This document shows positions 43,781 to 55,997 of a stretch of 64,000 nt of DNA, one piece after another. Position 1 is the stretch's first letter. Each line of letters begins with the position of its first letter. The DNA is from Schizochytrium sp. TIO01 (taxonomy: Eukaryota; Protista; Bigyra: Labyrinthulomycetes), in the NCBI GenBank assembly GCA_004764695.1, contig SMSO01000035.1, positions 1,364,001 through 1,428,000 of the forward strand, read 5' to 3'. Under the pieces are notes generated by a model. The model was not told the origin of the DNA. It saw nothing but the letters and a program-made list of their open reading frames with translations, and ran no database searches. Both the position numbers and the translations under genes were made by a program.

Positions 43781-46700
43781 CTTTTGGGAATTTCTCATTT
43801 TGCTTTAAAGTAACATATATATTACCAAGCCCACATTTTTTATTTTTTTTTTGTAGCGTGCAATGCTTAAATAGAGCACTGCTGTGGCCGAATTCCTAGC
43901 GGTTTTCATGACATATTATACATAATGCTATTCTGGGAATTTAATATTCATACCAACGTAACAGTCTTTACATTTGAAGACAATCGGTGAGAAGTGAGTG
44001 AGGAACTCTACGAAAAATAAAAATATTTCGTAGAAGGTGATTAATAAAAGCCCAGAAAATTTCTGTAATTCCCTCCCCGTTCGGTAAAAAAACAAACATA
44101 AAAAATTGTCTCTGCAAAAACAAGTAATAAAGAAAGAAAACGTTTGGCCTTCGAGTTATCATAATCATGCAGATGGAGGCAATTGAGTATCTACTTGTAC
44201 CATGAGAACCTCGTCTCGTTGTGCACTGGAAAAGTTTTACTTTGAAACAAATCAGTATAATAATATCATTTTCATATTGCAGCTATTACGTGTAAATAAC
44301 ACTATTATTCAATTCTTCCCATTCAGGATAAGCAAACTATATGAAGGTGGTCGTTCCTATATTATTCTTCATCGTTGTTCTCGCTCGTCAGAGGCAAGTC
44401 CTTCAATTCATTTGGCTTGGGTAGAAACTCACTTGGGAAGTCAAAACAACCACTCATTAAACTTCATCCTGTGTCTTCGCTAGGTGGTTCTTGAATGTTT
44501 ATATGCTGTTGCTGCTTGTTTCGTCGGGGAATTCCCTCGCCGACGGTATCACGCCAATCGAAAGTAAAGTTCTCGTATCCTCGTGCTCTTAGAGAAAGCT
44601 AGTCAAACAACGGCCTCGAACCTTGGTTGGTTAAGCTAGCGGGGTCCCAATTCGCGGTCTCGTCGACAACCTCAGTGCCTCGTAACCTGAAATTCACAAT
44701 GTTGAACTCAGTTCAACTCAATTCAGACCAAATCGAGGCTGCCAGACTATTTTTCGTTGTAGAGAATATCAACTCATGGGTAAATCAACCATGGTCATGA
44801 GTTTAATCATGCAATTGCTTCTCGGGCAGAAGCCTAGTTTACGTTCAATCAGATCAACATGGCTATCTCGAATAGGGCTTTTGCCCGCTCTCGAATGCTC
44901 GTATTAAAAGCTCGGAGTCGTACGCATCGGGTCTTCATTACATCTCTATGTTAATAGTGTAGTAGGCAGGACCACGATGGTCTCGACCCTTCCCGGAAAA
45001 ACAGACAAAGAGACAGATTCTCAGGTTCAAATAGTCAAAGTATGCTGGCGAAAGAGGTAGGTAGACACAGTCGCTAGTTTTGATTGCGAACATTGGGATT
45101 GGCATCATGAAAAGTCAGTGAAGCATAATTACAGAGACATTTGGCAGACTTTGAGCGCGGTGTATTTGCGTCTCGTCAATTATACTCTGATTCCTCTATT
45201 GTGTGAAGATGATGAGAAAAGGAAACCAGGGAAAGAAAAGAAAAGAAAGAAATGACTCTACCATAAGTCACGAAAGTAAAGTAATGTTTTAAAACCCTTT
45301 TAATCTTTAAGAAAATGGAAAAATACTTATTAAAAAATTACAATGTATATAATAATTATTATTTAATATCACAACATAATATGATTCTAATATGGCTAAC
45401 TTGAAAGACTGCTACCAGATGCAACAAGCCTAAAGCTTAACTAGAGATGGGTGATTATTTTGGCTGAAGTTTCTACCCAAGTCAAAGCATTGCAAAATTT
45501 TGTCTTCAACCAGTATAAGCGACGCTGGGAATAAAAGCGTATATGTTGTTATTTTTTAATTTTTTGTTGAGGAAAACAGTTGCCCATTTTGTTGGAGCGG
45601 TTTAGCTACATGTGTGATCCTTTCACGTTGCTGAAAGATACAGCCAGGTTTCCTTGTGATGCATGCATACGGCTAAGTGCTCTTCTTTAAATAAACAATA
45701 AAAAATGAACCCAATGTCTAAAAACACTTGGACCTCACTTACCCTAGAAATTGAATGAGTTTGATCAGCTGTAGTTGTCTTCAAACCAAATATCAATGTC
45801 CAGGCAAGCTTGGTGCTATCTTACGTTTATATAATATGATAAAATTTCTTTATTTCTGACACATTTATGTTTGCTAGCTTCGATAGAATACTGTCAGAAA
45901 TAATTATACTTTACATTGTACTATTCAATGGTTTAATTCCTAGCATTACACGTTATTCGGGAGGTGTACAGATATTTACGTCTTTAATTTTACTGCAACC
46001 TATTTGAGGTATGACTCGTAATGCAAGGTGACAAAATGTAGTCAATATTTCAAATCGTGTCCGATCGTCAACTAACTTCACACATTTCATTCCTGCCATA
46101 TAATATTTGTGGCATTTAGAAAAGAAAAGAAAAGAGAAGAGATAAGGTCTCGTTTGTTCATGATTTACATTTTTGATTGCTTGCGTTGAAGAAGTTGCTG
46201 CTTAACTTGCGACAGCCAGTCTAGACATCTGATGCGATCTCTTTATTTTCTTTTTCTTCAAGGAAACGTAAAGCAGATGTTCATTATCATGATCGGAGCA
46301 ACCGTCGTCCCATGGCGTTTGATAAACAAACTGCGGATTGAACAACACGTGAAGATTTCAATTATTCCCACCAAGCTGCATCAGTACAAGATTAAGAACT
46401 GACTCAATACTTACCCTGGTGGCATGGTTGATTTAGTGTTAGTACTCGGGATAGCCTTTATGCTACAAACTAGCAATTTCAACGAAACTGAAGTTTTCCA
46501 ATTTTGTCGCTCAGTTTTCTCTTATTATTTCAGACCCAGGTCAAGCTCGTGTAGTGCGTGCTTGAGGTGTTCACCGCGTGCCTTGGTGGATGCCATTCTA
46601 CCATATAGATATATATACCTCCAGTCTTTCCTTGCATGGAGGTAAAAATAAATGCGCACTTTGATGTGCTTTCGTGATCTGATGGTGTTATTAGTAGTAG

Positions 46701-47479
46701 TATTTCCTTGAAATTCTTCCTTTCAAAGACACCATAGTCCATATTCACCAGTGGGTTTTGAAAAGACCTTCCAATTCATAGACGGTCGAGAAGCAGAGCG
46801 AGAGCCATACATTAAACCATTGTTGTTGAAATCCAAGAAGCGGAGGGTGAATTTTTTCTTTCGAAAGCCACATATCATCAGGGTGAGATTGGAAATACTT
46901 CTGCTTCCTCCTGTTTGCACTGTGTTTTCCTACCATTCCTAGTAATTTCTAGTATAGAGTAGAGCATAATATAATTTTATTGAGCTTTTAAAAAAGAAAA
47001 GGGGAAAAAGAAAAGAAAAAGAGATAAAGCAATTTTACTTCTGTTAAAAAAATTAAATAACATATATATATATATATATATATTGTTGTGATGTTATGAT
47101 GGTGAAAGAATAGAATTTTTAAAGTAATTCCAGTTATAATCAGCAGCAGGTACCACGGCCTACCTATTCATTAGCAATCAACAGTCGCTTCAGAAAAAGA
47201 AATAAGTACATAGTACCAGCTAAATATTCCCCCCGATTCATTTATTGTTTAAACATTTTATTCTTAATTTCGTTTAATTTTAATTTTAAAAATAAAGCAT
47301 TTATTTGCCATTTCACCTCAAAAGTGCTTCAAGGCGTCTATTATGTATTATAACCTCAGCAGCATAATCAAGAACAGCACGAGATTGGGCGGACCCAGCC
47401 GATACTTTGAAGTACCTCGTCCAAAGGGTCTACAACTTACTACTTCTTGTTGGCCTTCCAGCTTCTTCCATCCTATGGT

Positions 47480-47513
47480 AGTGAGTGAGTGAGTGAGTGA
47501 GTGAGTGAGTGAA
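47480..47513. repeat. (GAGT)n microsatellite
   Basis: Read directly. Confidence 0.92.
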
Positions 47514-48159
47514 TGGTCAGCCTTCCTACCATTGGCTTTGAAAGCAGCTCTCGAACTTCCTTCGAAGTCCAAGGTAAAAGAAGAATAATCAACACAGGAA
47601 CTCTCAGCAGACCGACCACCAATTGGAAACAGAATAGCAGGCACGCACTTGCGATAAAACCTGCGACTAATCCACAATATAAAGCAGTCGAGGTCCCAAA
47701 GCTTAGCTCAGACTAAGCTTTTGGGTGTGCATATACATATATATGCATGCATATCTGCCGCATCGGTGTCGAGAGCGAGGAAGCCTTAGTATCTTCTGCC
47801 TCTTAGTTGGCGTTTCACACGGCCCCCTAAAGCTCAGAGTAAACAAACAAACAAAAAGTCAGTCTAATCCTTCGCTAAAACAAATAGGACAAATAAAGCT
47901 CTAAAAAAACAAAAAACAAAAAAAAAACATAGATTTTATGTAAAAAAACTCAAACTCGAAGGAATAACACGAAAGCAAAAATTGCAAATAGGTAGCGAAA
48001 TCAAGAACGGAAGCGTCTACGAGCACCTCACCTCCCAAACTTCGAGGATCGGGTTCGAGCAGATTGTTGTTTGCTGTCCAAGCCAGACAGACAGTCAGTC
48101 AGTCGTCTTTTTGATGTGCCCAGAGGTTCCAGCTCGAAGAAAGCTTCTCAACTTAAGTC

Positions 48160-49700
48160 AATTTAATTTCTGAATGTGGGTTGACTGGCGGTGATGGAGA
48201 TGGCCGTCGCGGCGTTGGTCACCTCCATGAATGAATGAAGAAGCGATCTACAGCAAGCAGCACTGGATTTGATGGCAGCTTTCGAGGAGCTCGCATTGCA
48301 GAGCCCAACGAAACGAACTAACTCGTGGCATGCGTGCGTCCACGACACGAGGCGGCTTTCGCGGTGCCGGCGAGCGAGCGAGCGCTTCCCTGAAAGAAGC
48401 CGCCCGCCCTGCAAGTTCTGGGCGTCGTTGGCGTCGAGCTCCAAGACCACCCATTCCGCATCTTCAGGATGCAAGCACGCAAATCCTTGGCGACTTGCTC
48501 AGTCCCAGAGGTTCGAGGTTCACAGGCTCTTCAAGAGCCGCGAGATCCTTCAGGCTACAAGAGCCTGCGGCTGCCTGCGTGGGCCCCGCCGCTCGTAGCC
48601 AACCAAGTCCTTCTCTTCTCCACGCCGAGGCGATGAAAGGGCTGTCTGTCTGACTGTCTGGCCTACAGGTTGCGAAGATCGCGGAGGTCTTCGTGGTCTC
48701 CATGCTGCTCGTCAAGAACCTGGAAGGCATGGCGAGAAGGGGAACTTGCTGTTCGTTCAGAGCAGCGCATTCGTCGCGAACTCGCGATGAGTGACCATCA
48801 TCTGATCTATCTACCTGTGCACAGCGGAGTTTTGGTCCTACGAGCCCGAGATCTTCTTCCTCGCCTGCACTGCCTTTGAGTCCTCTTGAGTCCGTCAGTG
48901 CAATCGATCGACGTTCTCTTCGGCGTCGCCGCTCTCGTCGCTGCCCAGCTCCGCCCAGCTCCTCTCCTCGTACGCCTGGCCCTTTCGAGATCTTGAAAAG
49001 ACAATCGATCGCTGCTGCTGTCGTCGAGAGCGAGGTTGTCGTGGGTTCTCTCTAGCGAGAGACTGAGATTGCAATCGGCGCCTTCGATCAAGGCATCGGC
49101 TGCACGCATGCATTTGGCACGAACCAACCATGAAGCATTCATTCTACAGCTCGCCAAGTGGACTTGTAGAACTCGAGTCAATTCGCCTTCGCTGAAGACA
49201 GAGAAGACGAAGAAGAGCTTTCACACAATTCACGCACGCCAAGCTTCGATTGCAGTGGTGTGCAGCAACCAACACCTTTGTCTGCTCCCATCATCATCGA
49301 CAATCTTGCCTTGCCAAATCTAAGTCTGACCTCTGCTGCAGATAGATCAGCATTGCGCTCCTCGTGCAAATTGCAGCACTCTACGGCGGCGATGCTCTCG
49401 TAAAACTCATCAGGCGAGATCCGTCTTCAAGCCACGAATGAATACGAATGAATGGATCATGATGGATGGATGGTCCAGATTGGAGGCTGAGCACACCTGC
49501 CTTGGCAAGCAAATGAATGGGTACTACCAAACTGAAGATCTCAGAACTTACACTCTCACTGGCTGGCCAGAGGTGGTGGGTAGCTGAAGAGGACCTTTTC
49601 GCAACTCGGCTGTGGAAGCCCAAGCCAAAGCGATCAGCCATTTGCCAAAACTTGAGCGGTGCGTGAAATCTGCAAGGAAGGCCCCATTGCATTGCATTGC
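48160..49700. pseudogene. GC-rich decayed coding-like fragment interrupted by short 4-nt duplications
   Basis: Many overlapping 60-120-aa ORFs on both strands; codon-like runs (GAG ATC, CTC GAG, GTC AAG) broken by gcgagcgagcgagcg, ctgtctgtctg and atcgatcg. Confidence 0.35.
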
Positions 49701-50030
49701 TTCTGTTTGTGTGCTCTTCGTGCTCATGTCATGTCCTACTTATGTGGTGGTGCTTGGTACCTCCTAGTTAGTTAGTATAGTAAGTGCTAAAAATGCCGTC
49801 TCCTTCTTCTTTCACAAAGGATGGAAGGAAGTACCTACAACTACTGCATTAACGTAACCTATGGGGACACAAAACTAAGTGCACCCGGTGCTACAGACAC
49901 CAGTCTACCTACTTACCGTCTCCCAGAGCCAGGAGACGGCCGATAAAGGCAACTAAATTAGTTAATTGATTCATTCATTACTTGCCCGCTTGTTTGTTTT
50001 TTAGGTTAGTTGTTTGCTTATAAATGAATA

Positions 50031-50163
50031 TTAATTAATTAATTAATTAATTAATTAATTTTAATTGAAAGTAATATATTTATTTGTTTACGATTGATCG
50101 ATCGATCGACTGATTGATTGTTTGATTGATCGATCGATCGATCGATCGATCGATTGATTAATT
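50031..50163. repeat. (TTAA)n followed by a (GATC/GATT)n compound array
   Basis: Read directly. Confidence 0.92.
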
Positions 50164-51879
50164 CATGCAGCTAACGACGAGCTTAAGATCTCGAACTCCA
50201 TTGACGATTTCACTTTTGCCAACCAATCCTGCTACTCTTCAATTCTTCAAACCCTCTTTCTATGGTCGAGTTAAAGCCGCATTTTCCATTTACTCTTCTC
50301 ACTCATGTTATTGCTTCCTATCTCTAGCTGGAGATAGAGAGATCCATCCAATCTGCTTTGCCGCAATTCTCAACGTCATGACGAGATCAACGTGAAGAAG
50401 GCCAAGTCTCAAGCGAACAAGCTGCGTAGCCATCCAGTCAGTCAGACCTGTGCACAGTCCGCAGCTTTGCGCAGTTTGGCGGACAGCGCTACCTTCTCTC
50501 TCTTCGCAATCTTCAACGTCGTCTTGAATGTTTTGTAGCAGCAGCGCGGCAGATTATAAAGGCGTAACAAGCCGAGAACTGCTCGATGGCTGCTACGAAG
50601 CAATCAAGCCCAGCCGCAGTTCTTCTGCAGGCCGCCCTCGCTCGCTTGCTTGCTTGCGTGGGAGCAGCAGGCTCACGCTCGGCTCCGTCCCAGTTCTTCG
50701 TGAACTCCTCCTCGACGCAGGCAGGCCCACGCAAGGGCTCCATCCACGGGCTTCAGGATGGCCTCATCCATCGATCGATCAGTCGATTCATCGTTCTATC
50801 CATCTCTCCACACCATAGTTTTTTAGCTCTTCTTCGACGTGTATCCAATTATAAAGATTTATACAGTACATATTGTATACATGCATTGTCAGTTTAAACA
50901 GAAAGAAAAGGCGAAAGAAAGGCAGGTTCAAGATCTTAAGCGGAGTGCACACCATTTCATTTCTTGCTGGGGATATATAGCAGCAGTATGGGACATCACT
51001 TATCCTTGTTTATTATTTACCCTATATGTTGTCGTACATGTTGTGTATGTTTAAATTAATAAATTTGATAAAAAATAAAATAAAATAATAATGATACTTT
51101 TAGAAAAGAAGAGTGCATATCTATCTATCTATCTATCTACTTAGGTGCCTTTCTTTCTGCGGTGATCCATCGATCGACAATGTCTCCACGTGGGCCGACA
51201 GGGTGTCGGGAGGACGCCTTCCTCGGTTGGCACAGTCTGTGTCTGTAGCGGCTCAAGAGGCTGCCTTCCCGGCGGATAAGGGGCTTTATTTCACGAGCGC
51301 GAGATCCTGAACCTGCAGTGAACTCGAGCGCCGGTTCTGCTCAGATCGCCAGTTCTGCGGTAAGAACCAACTTGCGTCGCAAGAGTTAATACGAGCTTAA
51401 GGTGGAGGGCCTCCTTGGGACAAAACGCTGCTATCATCTTATATCATCAACATTAAAAAAAATAAAATAGCAACAGCAAAAGCTCATCAGTTTATTTCGT
51501 TAATTTAAAAAAAGAAAAAAAGTGATTTTCCTGTGAGATCTTCAGAACCAACTAATACTACTAGTAGGGACCTAGGTATTAATTAGGTTTTCTACTTGTC
51601 TGGCCGGCGAAGAAGGTTTTTCTTCTCTTGAAATAGTCTTCGATGCAATCGATAAGAAGTGCCTTCTATGGGCCTCTATCTCACGTCGCAAGATTTGAGA
51701 CTCTACGCTCTCGCCAACCTTTTCGATGCTCCTTTTCAGCTTCAAGTTTGTAACGCAACTCTATATAACTTTCTATTTCTGTTTGTAAAATCGCCAGAAT
51801 TTGTTCCTTCCTTCTCTAAAGAGAAGGACATGGTAGCCATAGAGTAATATCCATGTGGGGGCTTCTGCCTACTCACTTC

Positions 51880-51992
51880 AATTGATTGATTGATCGATCG
51901 ATCGATTGATCGATTGATTGATTGATTGATTGGTTGGTTGATTGATTGGATTCATTGATTGATTGATTGATTGATTCATTCATTCATTCATT
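51880..51992. repeat. Compound 4-nt array (GATT/GATC/GGTT/CATT)n
   Basis: Read directly. Confidence 0.92.
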
Positions 51993-53318
51993 TCCTTCTA
52001 CGTAGTGGGTGCATTCATTGAGGGGAACACACACCGGGCTCCGTCTTACACGATGCCATTACAATTAATTCACAATCACTCTTCACTTCACTCCTCAAGA
52101 CAGAGACTCTGGCTTGTGAGATTGTCGCAAAGACTTCATCGCAGCAAGCTCTCTCTTGTAAGAGCAGAGTTTGAGATAGTTTGCTGCGATGATGGCTCTC
52201 ATGCTCTAGAGAATCAGGCCAAGTTCTCTCAAGTTTCCTGAGCATGTATTACGGCCGCCACAAGGGCGGCGGGTCGGTCAAGTGACTCTTAGACGATCAA
52301 GATGATCACATTTGTTTGTATGATGCCTATCTTCAATCAAACCAACAGAGCTTTACATCCATCGCCCATGATCTTCATATTCATCTGAGCGAAACTACTC
52401 ATCACGAATTATGGGCGAAGAATCTTTCTGTCTGCCTACGCATAGACATATTAATTTTAAAAAGGCATCTTTGTTTCATCTATTCAAAAACATAGACTCT
52501 ACACAGAAAAATTAGATACATTAGATAGATAGATAGATAAAGAGTAGGTACTACTGCTTTCTTCTATGAGCCTAACGCACGAGTTCTAGACTTCTGGGTA
52601 GCGGAGGGCTAACTACCCAGGGCCGAGTAGGAACTTTTCCGTCTTTCGTCTTTTGTTTTGTTTTTCCTCCCTCATCAGAACTTCCTTTTCAAGATTGCTG
52701 AATCCTTTTATGCCTTTTCAATTAATTCCTTTCTTCCTTTTTCCCTCTTTTGGAAGGCGCCATGCTGCTCGCGCACGGCCACAGAGATACCTTAATAATC
52801 ACGGGTTTCGGGTATTTAGAGGTTAGGAGGTTTAGGAGGTGATGGCGTCGACGCGACGGGCCACACGACCACTTTCATTCAATTAATTTTGAAAGAAAGA
52901 GCAACTTTATTTAAAGAGTTTGGGGTGTTTATTTGCTGTTTCTTCTATGGTATAGGGTAGGCGGGCTGCTAAGAGAGCAATTGTGGTTGCTCAGAGTAAA
53001 AGAGTTTTTTTTGCGGCTGGGATGAAGGCAATAAAAGGTTTCTTACTTTGGTTTTCTTCTTCTTCTTCTTTTAATTAAAAAGAAATAATCAAATAATTAA
53101 TTATATAAAACAATAATGAGGTTTGCTATAACTGGGGAAAGCAGAAGCAACGAATGATAGCAACGATTCATTCATTGATCATTGATCATTTATCATTCTT
53201 CGTGCTTCGTGTGGTGCTCTTGAAAACTCAGTGATGAACGAAGGAAATAAGATTCACATGAATTCAAACAGGGTCGATAATGCATAGTTTAAACTAGATC
53301 AGAATCGCTCCGTTCGTC

Positions 53319-53359
53319 GTTTGTTTTGTTTTGCTTTGCTTTGTTTTGCTTTGCTTTGC
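53319..53359. repeat. (TTTGY)n pentanucleotide repeat
   Basis: Read directly. Confidence 0.85.
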
Positions 53360-54371
53360 CTTTTCCATACTTCATTTTTCCAGAAATTAATTATCAAAAT
53401 ACCTTTTATATGTAGCTTTTGCTTTGCTATCTTTCCGCCTCGAATTTCATCTTCAAAACGTGGCCGCTTCGTTCAACTGAGTGAAATATTCGCGCAATCT
53501 TCATTTCGAGATCAGTTAGGGCCCAATTGTGCGAATGGCTTGAATTGCTCGAATCGATTGAGCTGATCGCATAATAGAACAAGCCCCCGAAGACGAAGAT
53601 TTGGCTTTCGAAAGAAACTATCATAGTTCTTCTTTTGTTCACTGCGCTCACTTTTTAATTCTCTGGTCTGCGATTTTTCGGAGATCTTTCTCTCTCTCTC
53701 TCTCTCTTTCTCGCTCAGACAGAGTCGGAATTCTGCCTTCTTCAAAGCTGGGAACTCGAAGTCTGCTTCCGAGTCCACGGGCTTTCATCAAAAAGAACTC
53801 GAGATCCGCAATGCTCGGGAACAGACCCTTTCAACTCTTGAAGGTGGCAAAGGCACAGACAGAGTGAGTTGCGAACCCTCCCTTTTGCTCCTCGTTGAGA
53901 GCTTTTACATTTATTTATTTACATTACAAAAGGCTTAGAACTATGCTTTTCACTCTTCTTGCATATTTTAGAAAAGGGAGCTTGTGGAAGGCTGTTGCAC
54001 CAACACTATAGAGACAGGGAACGGTATAGGTAAACTGCAAGTGAGTTATGCGGAATGGTCTATAGCAAAGTCGCGTTTCGAATGCTCTTGGAGAACATTC
54101 ATTGGGTCTCTGAAGAAGAATCGTTGGGTTTTCCGCATGTTTTAATTGCTTATCTTATGTTCGAGCACGGCTGAATTGTTTTTTAACTTTAAAATAAATG
54201 GAAAAAAGAAAAGAAAAGAAAAATTAATTTATGAACCTTTTATTCCTTTCTTATAAAAATGTTTTGAAGGTAAGAAATATGTTTTTTTTTAATTAATTTA
54301 ATTTTTTTCCTCAAAAACAAGCTTTCTCTATTTTTTTCATTCTTCAAGTTTGAAATTTATTGCAAAGTATG

Positions 54372-55997
54372 GTCACTTCAATCTCTAATCTTCAATTCTC
54401 GCCGTCGCCGTCGCTCCGCGGGTCCCTGGTTTGCTGCGCGCCGCGGGCTGGGAACCGACTCCCACGTAGTTGTCTAGATCACTGCTGCGCAGCGCCGGAA
54501 TTCGCGAGACAACTGACTCGATCTGCGGCAGCGGATCTCTGAGTATAGGAGACAAAGAAAACTTTCCGACCGCTCATTGATCGAAAGAATCGAGTGAGCG
54601 AGGCGCCTCGCGCATACACCTCAAACGAATTCTGGGCAACCCCGCCTCGCCAGCACGCAGCAGCGAGGAGACGGGCGGCGGACGTGAGGAAAGCCTGCAT
54701 AGAAGCGCAGCGAGAGAGTCGCGATCATCGTCGAGGAGATCGCAGCGCCCAGCTCTTGCTTTCTTTCTTTCTTTCTTCATTTCTTTCTTTCCTTCCCCTT
54801 TGTTCTCTTGTGTTCTCTTCGTTCTTTCTGCTTTGTCTATTTCTCCCTGGTTTACTTACTTCTGCTTCACTTCAATCGGTATAATTAGCCGAAGAGCCTA
54901 CCTCGCTCTGTGCTGCTCGTGAAGGACTGCCTGGCTCCGATTCGAAGTCGAGCTGCTGTCAGGTTCGCCTTTCACAAGTGCTTCTGCGTGGAGTTTGCCT
55001 TGACAGTTGGGTCATCTTGAAAATCGGCGCACGACGCTTTTGATTTTCAGGTCTCTAGTTCCTAGGTCCTACCGAGAGAACAAGTTTGCACACAGCCTCT
55101 GCTCTGACCACACGACGCAGGTTGCCCTGCGTGAGACCTCCAGCACTCACCCGCTTGAGAGGTTACTCGCTGCGTAAATCCAGTGCTGTGGCCAAAAGAG
55201 GGCGACGACAAACAAAGACAAAGCACCGCCGCCGTCACTATTAATTTACTATTATCTGCATATCTATTCACACACCAGAAAGAAGGCAAAAAGGCGACCT
55301 CGTGCACGCACGCTCGCCATAGACTCAGCAAGCGCTGTTGATTGTTTGGGTCGTGATACAGAGCACCGCCTGCCTCTGCTACCTCTGCTGCTGGTCGTAG
55401 GGTTGAGCGCGATCACCAAAACGAAAGAATCCCCGTTTCTCATTCACCCCTTTCGGTTACCATTATTCTCGCGAACCGATACGGAACCATCGCAAGTTCT
55501 CGCAGAACTGGAGTCTGCCCCTTATTATATCACTTACAACAGTATCACCGATCGGGAGACAGACCGCGACAGTTGCGACGAGGACGGAGACGTTGGCAAC
55601 ACGAGCAGAGTACTAGCAACGAAAACTTAGGTTGTTATCTTTGGGAGATCAATCAAATCTGACTGATTGATTGACTATTAATTGATTGATTCTTAGTGGA
55701 ATTAAAAGCGTAAAGGGAAAAAGCTAAGACCCCTCCTGGTCCCGCTACGATTACTACGTGCGAGGGTCGACGCCAGTAGACCGAACTTGCATTGAAGAAC
55801 TCGGGGGAAAAACCCTTTGTGAAAGGTACTAGCAGGTGCAAGAGGACTGCGGCAACGAACGGAACTCTCCGACCGGTGACGGAAATTGCTGCAAAAGAGG
55901 TGACAGCTTGAGAAGGTAAACAAGCACGAAGATAGCGAGTGCAGAACCCTTTTGGAACCCGCACACGGTAGCGCTGAAGAAGAGTTTTCCGAAGAAT
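54372..55997 (+). promoter_or_regulatory. Promoter plus long ATG-free 5' leader of the FCS zinc-finger gene
   Basis: No plus-strand ATG in 1626 nt while CAT occurs about 12 times; GC-rich start after an AT block; pyrimidine tract at 54755-54870. Confidence 0.6.

Noticed and set aside
44522-44545. GC-rich hairpin CGTCGG...CCGACG as a Helitron end or terminator
   Set aside because: No downstream CTRR end, no second copy and no associated element
48040-48065. GGTTCGAG T-loop-like motif suggesting a tRNA
   Set aside because: No cloverleaf stems or A-box around it
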